DNA of 64,000 nt from an uncultured Gammaproteobacteria bacterium (GTDB lineage: Bacteria; Patescibacteriota; Microgenomatia; UBA1406; HO2-37-13b). The notes under the pieces are model-generated. The model saw nothing but the letters and a program-made list of their open reading frames with translations. It was not told where the DNA came from and searched no databases. Below, piece by piece: positions 1-9,185 of this stretch (within the stretch, counting starts at the first letter, position 1; every line of letters begins with the position of its first letter). The DNA lies in NCBI GenBank assembly GCA_964422025.1, contig CAYQYZ010000005.1, positions 2,743 to 66,742 on the forward strand, given 5' to 3'. Both the position numbers and the translations under genes were made by a program.

Positions 1-1
1 C

Positions 2-2734
2 TTGGCTTTCATTGGCTTGGTAAATTACCGTTTTGGAACCTATTTAACCGGCTGGGATAATTTGCAAACTGAACTTGCTCCTGGATTAGCGGTAAAGAGA
101 GCTGTTTTTGCCGTGTGGCAGGAATATCAGAGCTTTGGGCTCGTAGGAGGTATGGCACATGCGAGTGACTTATTGAGAGCGATTGGCGTGTGGGCATTAT
201 CATTTATAATGCCACAGAGCCTAATTCGATATGTGGTTCATATAGGAATGCTGGCTGTTGGAGCACTTGGTATATTTAAGCTATTGAGTCAAACAGAGAG
301 CGACACGAGTCATCCTGAGCCCTTCGATTACTCTCAGGGTAAACTCCGCGAAGGATCTCCGCTACCTTTCCTCGGATCACTCTTTTACATCCTTAACTTC
401 GCCACCATTCAACTCTTTTTCCTTCCCTTTGAGCCGTTCTCAATCTTTTTTGCTTCCCTGCCCTGGCTATTATGGATATTTTTACGCACTTTACTAAACC
501 ACAGTAAATTAACGCTTAAAGCCGCTACACCACTCTTTTTAATCAATCTATTAGCGACCCCAAGCTTTTATGTGCAAACGCTGTTTGTCGTATATATGCT
601 CGTATTGGGAGTGATTGGAGTTTGGAAGTTTCGAGCCCGAACGCTCTTTATTGCCTTCGCACTCATTATCACTGCCAACCTTTTCTGGATTCTTCCCCAA
701 GCGTACTTTCTAATAAATGGAGGATCCCAAACGGTCGCTAATGCCAAAATCAATCAGCTTGCCACGCAAGATGTTCAGATGCAAAACAAAGCTCGAGGAG
801 ATATTTCTTCATTCGCCACGTTTAAAAGCTTTTATTACGACTTAAATGGAACCGATCAAAAACCTCTGTTTGAACCCTGGCACAAACACCTAGAAAATCC
901 CGTCGTCCAGATTGCTTCATGGAGTATTTTTGCAATCATCCTGCTCGGAATAACTCGTAAGAGCGCGTATAGAGCTCCTTTTGTAGGAATATGGCTACTC
1001 TGTGCATTCGCACTACTCTCAAACACACCGGTAATTTCTCAGTTACACGACCTTATTACCCGAAATGGTTTGATCGCTCAAATTTTTCGAGCGCCATTTA
1101 CCAAATTCGCCGTGCCCTGGGCACTGATTTCAAGCTACTTTTTTATGAATGGAGTCTCTGTCATTCTGAACGCAGTGAAGAATCTAGGTGTTAAGCGCTC
1201 ACACCCAGATTCTTCGGCTTCGCCTCAGAATGACAAAGTGCGACAATCAGTAGGATCCATACTCTTAACAATAATCTCTTTGACGCTAATAGCCATCGTC
1301 TCTTTCCCCGTTTTCACCGGGAACTTATTCTCAGATCATGTACGCGTAAAAATTCCTACTGACTATTTCCAAACAATGGAGTATTTCGGTACGCTTCCTA
1401 AGGAGAATCGTATTGCCCTGTTGCCCCAAGATTCATTTTGGGGATGGTATCACTATTCCTGGGGATATTCCGGATCTGGGTTTTTATGGTATGGAATCGA
1501 ACAACCCATTGTGTCGCCCACGTTTGATGTGTGGAGTGCACATAGCGAGAGTTACTTTTGGGAAATGAAGCAGGCACTGGCTCTAGGAGAAGCCTCAAAG
1601 ATAACTGCCGTGCTAAAAAAATACAATATTCACTACGTGCTTGTTGATGAGAGCGTGCTTGCATCATCTACGCACCAGAAGGCATTTTTAGCCGACAAAA
1701 TTAAGGAAGCTTTAGCCAGTAATGAATCAGTACAACTTGAAAAGACATTTGGCACGATCTCGATCTACAAAGTGAAAAACGCCGCTCCCTTTGTAACCCG
1801 TATACAGAGCCTACCTGTGGTTGGACCCGACAGAGCGATTACGAACGATGATTCTGCGTATGCTTCTCTAGGAGATTACCGAAGTCCTCTCTTAGCAGAT
1901 AAGGAGAATTATGACTTCTACTTCCCGTTCTTAGATCTGTTTAGCCAAAAAAAAATATACCCACCCACGTGGAAACTTACTGAAAATCCTAATACATTTT
2001 CGTTGACAACGCAATTACCGTTTAATACAAATAAATACTCTCTGTTTTCGAGCGCCGACACATCCTTACTCCAGGGAGCTACGCAAGAGCGTTCATTGGC
2101 GGTTTCATTCCAAAAAAACTCATACGTAACGATCGATACCACCGGCGCCAAGCCTGAACAATGCCAAAAGCTCACCGTATGCGTTGCCTATTCCCTGCCC
2201 GACATTGCCCACGATCAAGCATATATTGTAAAAATTCATAATGAGAATATTGCTGGTCAGCGATTATTCTTTTACGCACAAAATATAACCACCGGAAGCA
2301 CGGTAATCGAAGACCGTTTGAGTGCGGATGTGCAGTACTTTATTCTGCCTTCAGGTAATCATTTTAGCAAAGGATATACCTTCGGTTTCCAGAATGACTC
2401 CCATGTGGGTCTTGAAAGCGAAAACGCCCTGATAAGCATACGCGTATACCATTTGCCGCTTGAACAACTAAAGGCTCTGTATTTTGCTCCTGCAGGCAAA
2501 GACGGCACAAGTACATTTGTATATAACCAGGCATACGATAGTGGCTGGAAAGCTTACCTAAATGGGCAGGAATTGGAAAATCACGTGAAAGTGAATAACT
2601 GGGCCAACGGATGGGTTATTCCGTCAGGCACTAAAGGAAATGTTCGAGTGTTTTTCTGGCCACAATTATTGGAATATGTTGGATTTGCAGCTATTGCCGT
2701 CATCGGAGTTAGTATAATAATAAAGAAAATATGA
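2..2734 (+). CDS. Large polytopic membrane protein with GT-C-like glycosyltransferase architecture (5' end outside window)
   Basis: ORF is open to the left window edge. Many hydrophobic helices in the N-terminal half, then a large soluble domain. Stop overlaps the def start (ATGA). Family assignment is by architecture only. Carries two in-frame family-1 repeat copies. Confidence 0.6.
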   Translation: MAFIGLVNYRFGTYLTGWDNLQTELAPGLAVKRAVFAVWQEYQSFGLVGGMAHASDLLRAIGVWALSFIMPQSLIRYVVHIGMLAVGALGIFKLLSQTESDTSHPEPFDYSQGKLREGSPLPFLGSLFYILNFATIQLFFLPFEPFSIFFASLPWLLWIFLRTLLNHSKLTLKAATPLFLINLLATPSFYVQTLFVVYMLVLGVIGVWKFRARTLFIAFALIITANLFWILPQAYFLINGGSQTVANAKINQLATQDVQMQNKARGDISSFATFKSFYYDLNGTDQKPLFEPWHKHLENPVVQIASWSIFAIILLGITRKSAYRAPFVGIWLLCAFALLSNTPVISQLHDLITRNGLIAQIFRAPFTKFAVPWALISSYFFMNGVSVILNAVKNLGVKRSHPDSSASPQNDKVRQSVGSILLTIISLTLIAIVSFPVFTGNLFSDHVRVKIPTDYFQTMEYFGTLPKENRIALLPQDSFWGWYHYSWGYSGSGFLWYGIEQPIVSPTFDVWSAHSESYFWEMKQALALGEASKITAVLKKYNIHYVLVDESVLASSTHQKAFLADKIKEALASNESVQLEKTFGTISIYKVKNAAPFVTRIQSLPVVGPDRAITNDDSAYASLGDYRSPLLADKENYDFYFPFLDLFSQKKIYPPTWKLTENPNTFSLTTQLPFNTNKYSLFSSADTSLLQGATQERSLAVSFQKNSYVTIDTTGAKPEQCQKLTVCVAYSLPDIAHDQAYIVKIHNENIAGQRLFFYAQNITTGSTVIEDRLSADVQYFILPSGNHFSKGYTFGFQNDSHVGLESENALISIRVYHLPLEQLKALYFAPAGKDGTSTFVYNQAYDSGWKAYLNGQELENHVKVNNWANGWVIPSGTKGNVRVFFWPQLLEYVGFAAIAVIGVSIIIKKI
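309..360. repeat. Family-1 palindromic repeat, composite variant, in frame inside a CDS
   Basis: gtcatcctgagcccttcg...ctcagggtaaac...cgcgaaggatctcc. Contains CCTGAG/CTCAGG and CCTTCG/CGAAGG inverted pairs. Translated as SHPEPFDYSQGKLREGSP. Confidence 0.6.
1160..1234. repeat. Family-1 palindromic repeat, head-to-head pair, in frame inside a CDS (75 bp = 25 codons)
   Basis: gtcattctgaacgcagtgaagaatct (1160-1185) and its inverted partner agattcttcggcttcgcctcagaatgac (1207-1234). The left half differs by 1 nt from the intergenic copy at 14355-14384. Confidence 0.85.
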
Positions 2735-3264
2735 AAATAATTCATGCCCCCAATACTGTTTTAGCCACGCCATCACGGCCAGTTAAAAAAATCGATGCAA
2801 AAATAAGAACATTAGTTGATGAAATGGTGACCACGCTTCTGGCCCAGCACGACCCGGAAGGAGTCGGCCTTGCAGCACCACAAATTAATCTGGGAATTCA
2901 GCTATTTATTATTAAAAAAGATAAAAAAGCACCCGTAAAAACGTTTATTAATCCAAAGATTGTCTCTTCTACACAGGTCGCACAGAGCGAAACTGCCAAA
3001 AAGCCGAAAAAAGATGAAACGTCGCGCCTGGAAGGCTGTTTATCGATTCCCCGCATTTGGGGAAAGGTAGTTCGCTCAAAAAAGGTCGTATTGGAGTATA
3101 CAGATTTGGAAAATAAAACCCAAACCGAAACGTTTTCCGGCTTTGAAGCAACTATTATTGAGCATGAAATGGATCACTTGAACGGAATTTTATTCACGAG
3201 GCGAGTTCTTGAACAAGGACATATTCTATATCGTGAAGAAGATGGCGAACTGGTTACTTTCTAG
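2731..3264 (+). CDS. def: Peptide deformylase
   Basis: All three deformylase motifs are present: GVGLAAPQI, EGCLS, HEMDHL. Confidence 0.95.
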   Translation: MKIIHAPNTVLATPSRPVKKIDAKIRTLVDEMVTTLLAQHDPEGVGLAAPQINLGIQLFIIKKDKKAPVKTFINPKIVSSTQVAQSETAKKPKKDETSRLEGCLSIPRIWGKVVRSKKVVLEYTDLENKTQTETFSGFEATIIEHEMDHLNGILFTRRVLEQGHILYREEDGELVTF

Positions 3265-3271
3265 AGATATA

Positions 3272-3323
3272 TTTGTCAACCTCCGAGGTTGTACATGCCT
3301 ATTCAACCTGGTAGGTTGTTTTT
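3272..3323. repeat. Family-3 hairpin repeat (CAACCT-nnn-AGGTTG units); the last unit plus a T-run is the likely def terminator
   Basis: caacctccgaggttg and caacctggtaggttg hairpins, the latter followed by ttttt (3304-3323). The same block recurs at 50272-50350. Confidence 0.7.
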
Positions 3324-3331
3324 GGATTGTT

Positions 3332-3982
3332 TTAAAAGGCTAATCGTGGAACCAAGAGGTTATAGAAGTAATTCACTGCCGGATCAAGCACAATGTCAAG
3401 CATTGACCGGTTTCCCATAAGCGGTAAAATGAACGCGAGCAAAAATAACATGCCATATCTTTCAAGTGAATACCATTCTTTTGCCTGATCTTCCGGAATA
3501 ATTCCCGCAACGACTTTGAAACCATCAAGTGGAGCAAATGGGAGTAAATTAAAGAGTCCTAACACTAAATTTATTTGCACAAAAAAAGGCAGCACCAGAA
3601 TCGCCAACGACGATAAAAATCCCGCATCCACACCCATCAATACTCGAAGCAACACCGCCCCCACAATAGCCATAATAAAATTCGATAATGGGCCTACTAA
3701 AGAAATTATCGCGCTGTCTTTTCGAGGATTTTTTAAATTATACGGGTCAAATGGAACCGGTTTTCCCCATCCAAAGCCAACCAGGAGTATCATAAGTGAC
3801 CCGATAGGATCAATGTGGGCAAGTGGATTGAGCGTAAGTCGCCCCATTAATCGAGCCGTTGGATCACCAAGCTCTTCTGCAGCTCGTGCGTGGGCATATT
3901 CGTGAACGGCAAGCGTTATAAGTAGCACGCCTACAAAAATTATGAATGACAGTGGGTTTTGAAAAAGGGTGGAAAGTAACAT
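3332..3982 (-). CDS. Site-2 protease family (M50) membrane zinc metalloprotease
   Basis: HEYAH (HExxH) in a TM helix and NLLPFAPLDG (NxxPxxxLDG); polytopic. Confidence 0.85.
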   Translation of the reverse strand: MLLSTLFQNPLSFIIFVGVLLITLAVHEYAHARAAEELGDPTARLMGRLTLNPLAHIDPIGSLMILLVGFGWGKPVPFDPYNLKNPRKDSAIISLVGPLSNFIMAIVGAVLLRVLMGVDAGFLSSLAILVLPFFVQINLVLGLFNLLPFAPLDGFKVVAGIIPEDQAKEWYSLERYGMLFLLAFILPLMGNRSMLDIVLDPAVNYFYNLLVPRLAF

Positions 3983-3986
3983 TTCA

Positions 3987-4015
3987 TTGATTTACGTGGG
4001 TAATTATGTTATTAT
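3987..4015 (+). promoter_or_regulatory. Sigma70-like promoter of rpmB
   Basis: TTGATT, 17 nt spacer, TATTAT; ATG at 4030. Confidence 0.45.
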
Positions 4016-4029
4016 ACAGTAATCAGATT

Positions 4030-4338
4030 ATGAATAACATTTGTTTCATTTGCGCAAAAGGCACTGTCATGGGACGTTCCCATACTCATCATCGTGGTGT
4101 AGCCGGAGGACGCTGGAAAAAACGTGCTGTTAAAACCCAACGAGCATTCAAACCTAACCTTCAACGGGTAAGTATTTTAGTGGAAGATGTCAAACTATCA
4201 GTCAAAATGTGTACAAAATGTATTAAACGAGTCAAAAAAGACGTTGCCGAAGAAAAGAAACCAATCGTTATGTTAGCGCATATTAAAGCTCCTGCTCCTA
4301 AGTCTTCTGAAGTCACCCCAAACGTCATTTCAGCGTAA
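4030..4338 (+). CDS. rpmB: Ribosomal protein L28 with a C-terminal extension
   Basis: CFICAKG..GRSHTHH......FKPNLQRV matches the L28 core pattern. The start is moved to M9 of the ORF because the first ATG lies inside the promoter. Confidence 0.75.
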   Translation: MNNICFICAKGTVMGRSHTHHRGVAGGRWKKRAVKTQRAFKPNLQRVSILVEDVKLSVKMCTKCIKRVKKDVAEEKKPIVMLAHIKAPAPKSSEVTPNVISA

Positions 4339-4962
4339 CTAATTACTGACTGATTTTCCTGCAGGTGCGTAAAGTGCTCGTACTGCTTTAGCGCAATCAA
4401 GCGCCGTAGTCTGTGCAGAGCTCGCGCAATCCTCCCCATCCTTGAATGTTCCATCACGCAATCGATCCTTAATTTCATCGACGCTCAGTTTTGAAGCAAT
4501 GGTAGGTGCTGGCGTTGATGTGGGTCCGACCGGAGATGTTGTTGGAACAATCGAATCAACGGTCGAGTTTCCCTTAGTACTACATGAATGAACTTCTTCA
4601 GTTGGTTCCCCACCTGCTCCTACCTGAACATCATATGACGTTCCCGGAGTAAGCAAGCTCAACGTAATTTCATGTGAGCTTCCCGAACTTCCTTGTTGTG
4701 GAGTATTCTCTTCAAGGCTAATCAGATTATTCACCGTTCCTGCAGGACGGTAATACGCGACTCCTTTGTCAGATGACGTATCATCCCAGGTTACGAGCAG
4801 TGCATTCTCACCAGTCGGTTCACAGTTGAAGTTTGAAACATTCAAATCGGCTGCTTTTCCAAATCGCTGACTTACCAACGAGAATCCAAACCATACCACC
4901 GCGGCTGAAATGACCAAACCAACCCCGACCGCTGCCCATTTAATTAGTTTTTCGTTGTTCAT
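4339..4962 (-). CDS. Membrane-anchored surface protein with an FN3-like domain
   Basis: N-terminal TM helix. The LLVTWDD...YYRP...TPGTSYDVQV pattern is typical of fibronectin type III. Confidence 0.55.
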   Translation of the reverse strand: MNNEKLIKWAAVGVGLVISAAVVWFGFSLVSQRFGKAADLNVSNFNCEPTGENALLVTWDDTSSDKGVAYYRPAGTVNNLISLEENTPQQGSSGSSHEITLSLLTPGTSYDVQVGAGGEPTEEVHSCSTKGNSTVDSIVPTTSPVGPTSTPAPTIASKLSVDEIKDRLRDGTFKDGEDCASSAQTTALDCAKAVRALYAPAGKSVSN

Positions 4963-5657
4963 AATTTCAAAAGCACCTTACTTACCAAGCCAATGGCAAC
5001 CAGTATAGCACCCGGAACTGCAAATTTCATAAGCTCATCAATAATACCTGTTTTGGGAAGTTGGGTAGGAAGATCACCTGTTCCGCCAATAGTTCCTGAA
5101 GGTGTAGCAGTAGGCGCTCCGCCCAGGCCAGTTCCAGCAGTAATAACCGCAACGCCGTTGTCAGGGCACTGAATTACATCGGTAGCATCGGCATTATTTT
5201 TAGCTACATTAGAATCACTTGCCGTTTCCCCGGGAGTACATGCATACATTACATTGGTTGTCGCATTTCCTTTCACTTTAAACGTACACGTAGCCATAGT
5301 TCCCTTACCCGTTACCGGGCTTCCGGGGTCTTCTACAATTCCTGCAATATAAATTTGGCCCGGTGTTCCAAAATCTTTTCGGGCAACTTTTAGAAATGTG
5401 CCGTCAACACAAGTTTCTACTTCAAGCGTATTTTTATCGTAGCGAATTTGTGCATCCACTGCAAGAATTTCATCGGAGCCTGCGTTAACCACGATACCCA
5501 ATTCAATCGGCGATCCAACGGCAGCGCTTGCACTAGTTGGATCAAATAAAAGTGTGGCAGCATGAACTGAAGTATGGGATCCCGAAACTAAAAATGATCC
5601 GACCATCAGTAAAAATGCAGTTATGAGTTTTGTACTTGTGCATCGTGAAATTCTCAT
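4959..5657 (-). CDS. Secreted cohesin-like protein with an LPXTG sortase sorting signal (candidate anchoring scaffoldin)
   Basis: Signal peptide, one cohesin-like beta-sandwich (IELGIVVNAG..ILAVDAQIRYDKNTLEV...GKGTMATCTFKVKG). C-terminal LPKTG, then a hydrophobic stretch, then KVLLKL. Confidence 0.65.
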   Translation of the reverse strand: MRISRCTSTKLITAFLLMVGSFLVSGSHTSVHAATLLFDPTSASAAVGSPIELGIVVNAGSDEILAVDAQIRYDKNTLEVETCVDGTFLKVARKDFGTPGQIYIAGIVEDPGSPVTGKGTMATCTFKVKGNATTNVMYACTPGETASDSNVAKNNADATDVIQCPDNGVAVITAGTGLGGAPTATPSGTIGGTGDLPTQLPKTGIIDELMKFAVPGAILVAIGLVSKVLLKL

Positions 5658-5667
5658 AGGTATATAT

Positions 5668-6285
5668 TTATCGGACGGTAACAGTTACCCCTTCTACAGA
5701 GCTCAAGACGCTTTCACTCGTGATACTCATTAAATTTGAATGACGGGTTTCGCCCAAAATGAATTTAGGAGTAATAGTCACCGTTCCCGGAGCAGTAGCT
5801 GTAAGCATGATCGTTGCAATTTGACTATCAGCAAGCGTTGTTGGTGTGTTTGACGCCAAATCTTTCAAGCTTGTTAAGTACACGCCACCTTCGCGTGGCG
5901 TTGGGTGCATGTCAAAATCTTCAATGCTTGACTGCGCACTTGCAAATTGGGCTCCTCCGGTAATATCAACATCCAAATCGTATCCTACAATATTCTGGCC
6001 GTCTGAATCAGCAAAAACTTCAACTTCAATCTGATCGCCAACGGAAAATTCTCGAGCATCGTTTGCAATATGCATAAAAAAGGTTCCCTTATATTTAGAT
6101 TGCAAAGGTACAGGAGCATCGGCTGATGAGTCTTGATTAATAGTCTTCGTATCAACGGTGGTTTGCGTACCAGAATTGCCCGTTCGATACGTTACAAAGA
6201 TAACTCCAATGAGAATAATAACCAAAATAAAAATGAGCGATAAAATGCCGGTCATAAAAAGCCGACCGTGATAATTTTCTTGCAT
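5668..6285 (-). CDS. Membrane-anchored cohesin-like domain protein
   Basis: N-terminal TM helix; VGDQIEVEVFADSDGQNIVGYDLDVDI...ATIMLTATAPGTVTI pattern. Confidence 0.5.
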   Translation of the reverse strand: MQENYHGRLFMTGILSLIFILVIILIGVIFVTYRTGNSGTQTTVDTKTINQDSSADAPVPLQSKYKGTFFMHIANDAREFSVGDQIEVEVFADSDGQNIVGYDLDVDITGGAQFASAQSSIEDFDMHPTPREGGVYLTSLKDLASNTPTTLADSQIATIMLTATAPGTVTITPKFILGETRHSNLMSITSESVLSSVEGVTVTVR

Positions 6286-6323
6286 AGTTTGATTATGAAA
6301 AATTTTGCCTTAAATGTCAATGC

Positions 6324-9185
6324 TTACTCATCCGTCTTTATCAAAATTGCCCCGACTACTAAACCCCAGTCGGTACCATTACATGCACCATCATAATTTA
6401 CATCGCAATGATCAATATCGGCTTGATTCGTACTACCAATACTATTTCTAACCGACAGTAAGTCGAATGAATTTACCACTCCGTTCTGATCAATATCTCC
6501 ACTCATCATACTGATTCCGGTAAAGTCAAGTTCGTTTATTCCATTTGTTAATGGAATGGTGGAACTGCCTCGACGATATTCACCTGTTTGCGCTTCCAAA
6601 GGCGTTTTATGACACACTCTACGACGACTATGAAGCGGGCCTTTGATTGATATGCAATAGTTTCCAGCAACAATTGTTGGGAATGATGCCGTACCGATAA
6701 CGACTCCTTGCGCGTTTGCACTAAATTGTACTAGCTGAGTAACAGGTTCTGGTAAATTGTCTCCAGTAATACCGACCTGAATTGGAATTGATCCACCGCT
6801 TCTGCCAAATGCACGATCAACTCCTTGGAAATGAAGCGCCAAATCAAGAATCGTACCCTTTCCAGCAGTAACCGTTGCGGGCACATTGCTTGAACATTGG
6901 ATAATGTCGGCCACCGAGGCACCTGCTTTAAATATATTAGAATCAGTTGTTACTCCTGGGACACAGGTAAAGGTAATGTTGGAAGTTCCATTGCCTATAA
7001 CTTTAAAAACGAGCTGTCCCAAAATACCCGATCCAGAAACAGGGCTTGCCACATCTACCGTAGCAGAAACACTTACTATGCCACGCCTTGAAGCATCCTT
7101 TTTTATTGCCATGTAACTTCCATCAATAAAATCAACTGCTTCAAGCATATCGGGGTCATACGATATTTTTGCGTCAGCAGTTGCAACTTGATCTTGTCCG
7201 GTAGCAAGCACTAAGTCGAGTCGTATTGTTTGGCCAATATCCGTAGTAACTGCGGAAGGATTTAATTGAAAATATGCTCCTGATTTGGCAAAAACCGTTG
7301 GAACTGCAGGCGGTACTGTTGGATTAGTATTTACGCCTCCTTGTGCCGCGGTTGGAGCTACGGTAGCCTGAGCACCCGCAGTAGGCTGTGTAACAGTAGG
7401 TTGTGTTTGACCAACCGTTGGTTGTGTTCCACCAGCACAAATAGGAGTTGATCGACTCTTTCCTGCTCCACAGCGATCTTGATCAAGTTCAGTCGCTTGC
7501 ATAGCAGCAGCAACATTTGCACATTCGGACGATGATGCTCCATATAGTTCTCCACATGCTTGATTTACTTTATTATTAAAATCAAAAAATCCTGAACTTT
7601 GACGCAAATACGTTGTATTTGCTTTATAAATAACTGCTAAACTCTTTTCTTTACCTATTCCGTTGATTGTACAGCCATTAAACGTACCTCCAGCAGTCAT
7701 TAAATTAAATGCTTTATTAGTAGGTCCGTTTATTTTATGTTCTTCTCCGGTACATGAAAAGCGTGAATCGAAAATGCGTTCAGGCTGTCCAAATCGACTC
7801 GGATTAGCAATATCGCGAATTGTTCCGGCACGACTCGTTTCGCCCATTGTCCAGTTTGCGGGATCTACGCCATATGCAAACATATCGGAAATGCTCTCAT
7901 TCAAGCCGCGAGCTTGATATTGTGTTCGCAATGGCCCAAGTCCCGATGTGTGTTGTGTAACTCCATGCATGAGCTCATGAGCCCAAATATCTTTTCCAAT
8001 ATAATTTGCACTTGCCGACATTGCCGTTCCATCCCACTGTGCATTTGCCACAGGAGCGTATACATATCCGATAAGAGCTCCCCCATGATTATCAATACCA
8101 TCGCGAGCAAATGAATTAAAGAAAAAATTATAAACATCTCCCAGAATATCGTAAGAAGCATCGATATTCGACTCTCCTACCGGACCTTGTGATTCTGATC
8201 TGGTCACTGAACCACGTGAAGTTACTCGACCGTATGAATCTTGTGAACAACCAACTGTTTTACAGTTGTATACTTTGCGATTTATCGCTTCATAAATCTG
8301 ATCACCATCAGCCAAAATTGCACCTGTATCGAGCGAAACCAAATATAAATGTCGAAATGTATGATACGCAACATTATTACCATCACATGTCATAACTTCA
8401 AGCACAACATTATTTGTTTCATTACTCGAAATACCTAATATTTTTTCATTGTAAATTTTTTGAGAAACTGGTGTATCGCTACAGACAACTGGCGTAGCTG
8501 CAGGAGTAGTCACACTCATATCTACGCTCGCTTGCTCTAGTGCCTTTTCAATGCCTTGTTGCTCGGTTAGCGTAACTTTCGAAACACTGCTTGATAATGT
8601 ATAATCGCCCTCTACTCCTACAACTTTATCAGTGCCAGCAACATCAAACCGTACCGTTGAGCCAAATACGGGAATATTGTTTACTTTTTGTGAGTAATAG
8701 TAATGTTTAATTTCTTGTTTATTTTTGAACATTTTATCATTGAGTGTGCGAGATAAAACAGAATTTTGCCTAAAGTTAGCCGGAAGCACTCGCTGTTTTG
8801 TTCCATCTGTTGAAACACCTTGTACTTGAGTGTTATTTGAAAGCGCGGATGCGTCAATGAGCGGATTTTTATCCATGAATTCAAATACAGCCGCTTCACC
8901 AGTTGCTGTTGCGTCGTACAATACTTGCGTTCCGTTTTCAGTATTTGAGCGTAAATCAACGCTTACAGACTCTTCCGAAACTTCTACTTCCGAGAGCGGT
9001 GAGAGAGTCTGAATTCCAATTTCAACCGGCGTTTGGGCTTGTGACTTTTGGCGAGTACGGGAATCGCGCAGCGACGTAAGGACCATGAGCATTAATACGC
9101 CGAGCATCAACGAGGCGATAATGAGCAATTCTTTTTTTTCGACTTGTATGTGTTGTTGTGGTTCTTCCATATTACTTTTTTCCAA
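6324..9185 (-). CDS. Thermolysin-family (M4) metalloprotease fused to a cohesin-like module and a C-terminal dockerin
   Basis: HELMHGV plus GLNESISD (M4 zinc ligands). Cohesin-like block IRLDLVLATG..ATADAKISYDPDMLEAV...LGQLVFKVIG. C-terminal duplicated Ca-loop DIDQNGVVNSFDLLSV / DVNYDGACNGTDWGLV. Confidence 0.75.
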   Translation of the reverse strand: MEKSNMEEPQQHIQVEKKELLIIASLMLGVLMLMVLTSLRDSRTRQKSQAQTPVEIGIQTLSPLSEVEVSEESVSVDLRSNTENGTQVLYDATATGEAAVFEFMDKNPLIDASALSNNTQVQGVSTDGTKQRVLPANFRQNSVLSRTLNDKMFKNKQEIKHYYYSQKVNNIPVFGSTVRFDVAGTDKVVGVEGDYTLSSSVSKVTLTEQQGIEKALEQASVDMSVTTPAATPVVCSDTPVSQKIYNEKILGISSNETNNVVLEVMTCDGNNVAYHTFRHLYLVSLDTGAILADGDQIYEAINRKVYNCKTVGCSQDSYGRVTSRGSVTRSESQGPVGESNIDASYDILGDVYNFFFNSFARDGIDNHGGALIGYVYAPVANAQWDGTAMSASANYIGKDIWAHELMHGVTQHTSGLGPLRTQYQARGLNESISDMFAYGVDPANWTMGETSRAGTIRDIANPSRFGQPERIFDSRFSCTGEEHKINGPTNKAFNLMTAGGTFNGCTINGIGKEKSLAVIYKANTTYLRQSSGFFDFNNKVNQACGELYGASSSECANVAAAMQATELDQDRCGAGKSRSTPICAGGTQPTVGQTQPTVTQPTAGAQATVAPTAAQGGVNTNPTVPPAVPTVFAKSGAYFQLNPSAVTTDIGQTIRLDLVLATGQDQVATADAKISYDPDMLEAVDFIDGSYMAIKKDASRRGIVSVSATVDVASPVSGSGILGQLVFKVIGNGTSNITFTCVPGVTTDSNIFKAGASVADIIQCSSNVPATVTAGKGTILDLALHFQGVDRAFGRSGGSIPIQVGITGDNLPEPVTQLVQFSANAQGVVIGTASFPTIVAGNYCISIKGPLHSRRRVCHKTPLEAQTGEYRRGSSTIPLTNGINELDFTGISMMSGDIDQNGVVNSFDLLSVRNSIGSTNQADIDHCDVNYDGACNGTDWGLVVGAILIKTDE

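Noticed and set aside
3516-3905. Antisense ORF inside the M50 protease gene. Similar shadow ORFs occur at 26176-26613, 30317-30748, 38355-39011 and 57535-58032.
   Set aside because: They lie fully within longer, motif-supported genes on the opposite strand and have low-complexity, compositionally biased translations.
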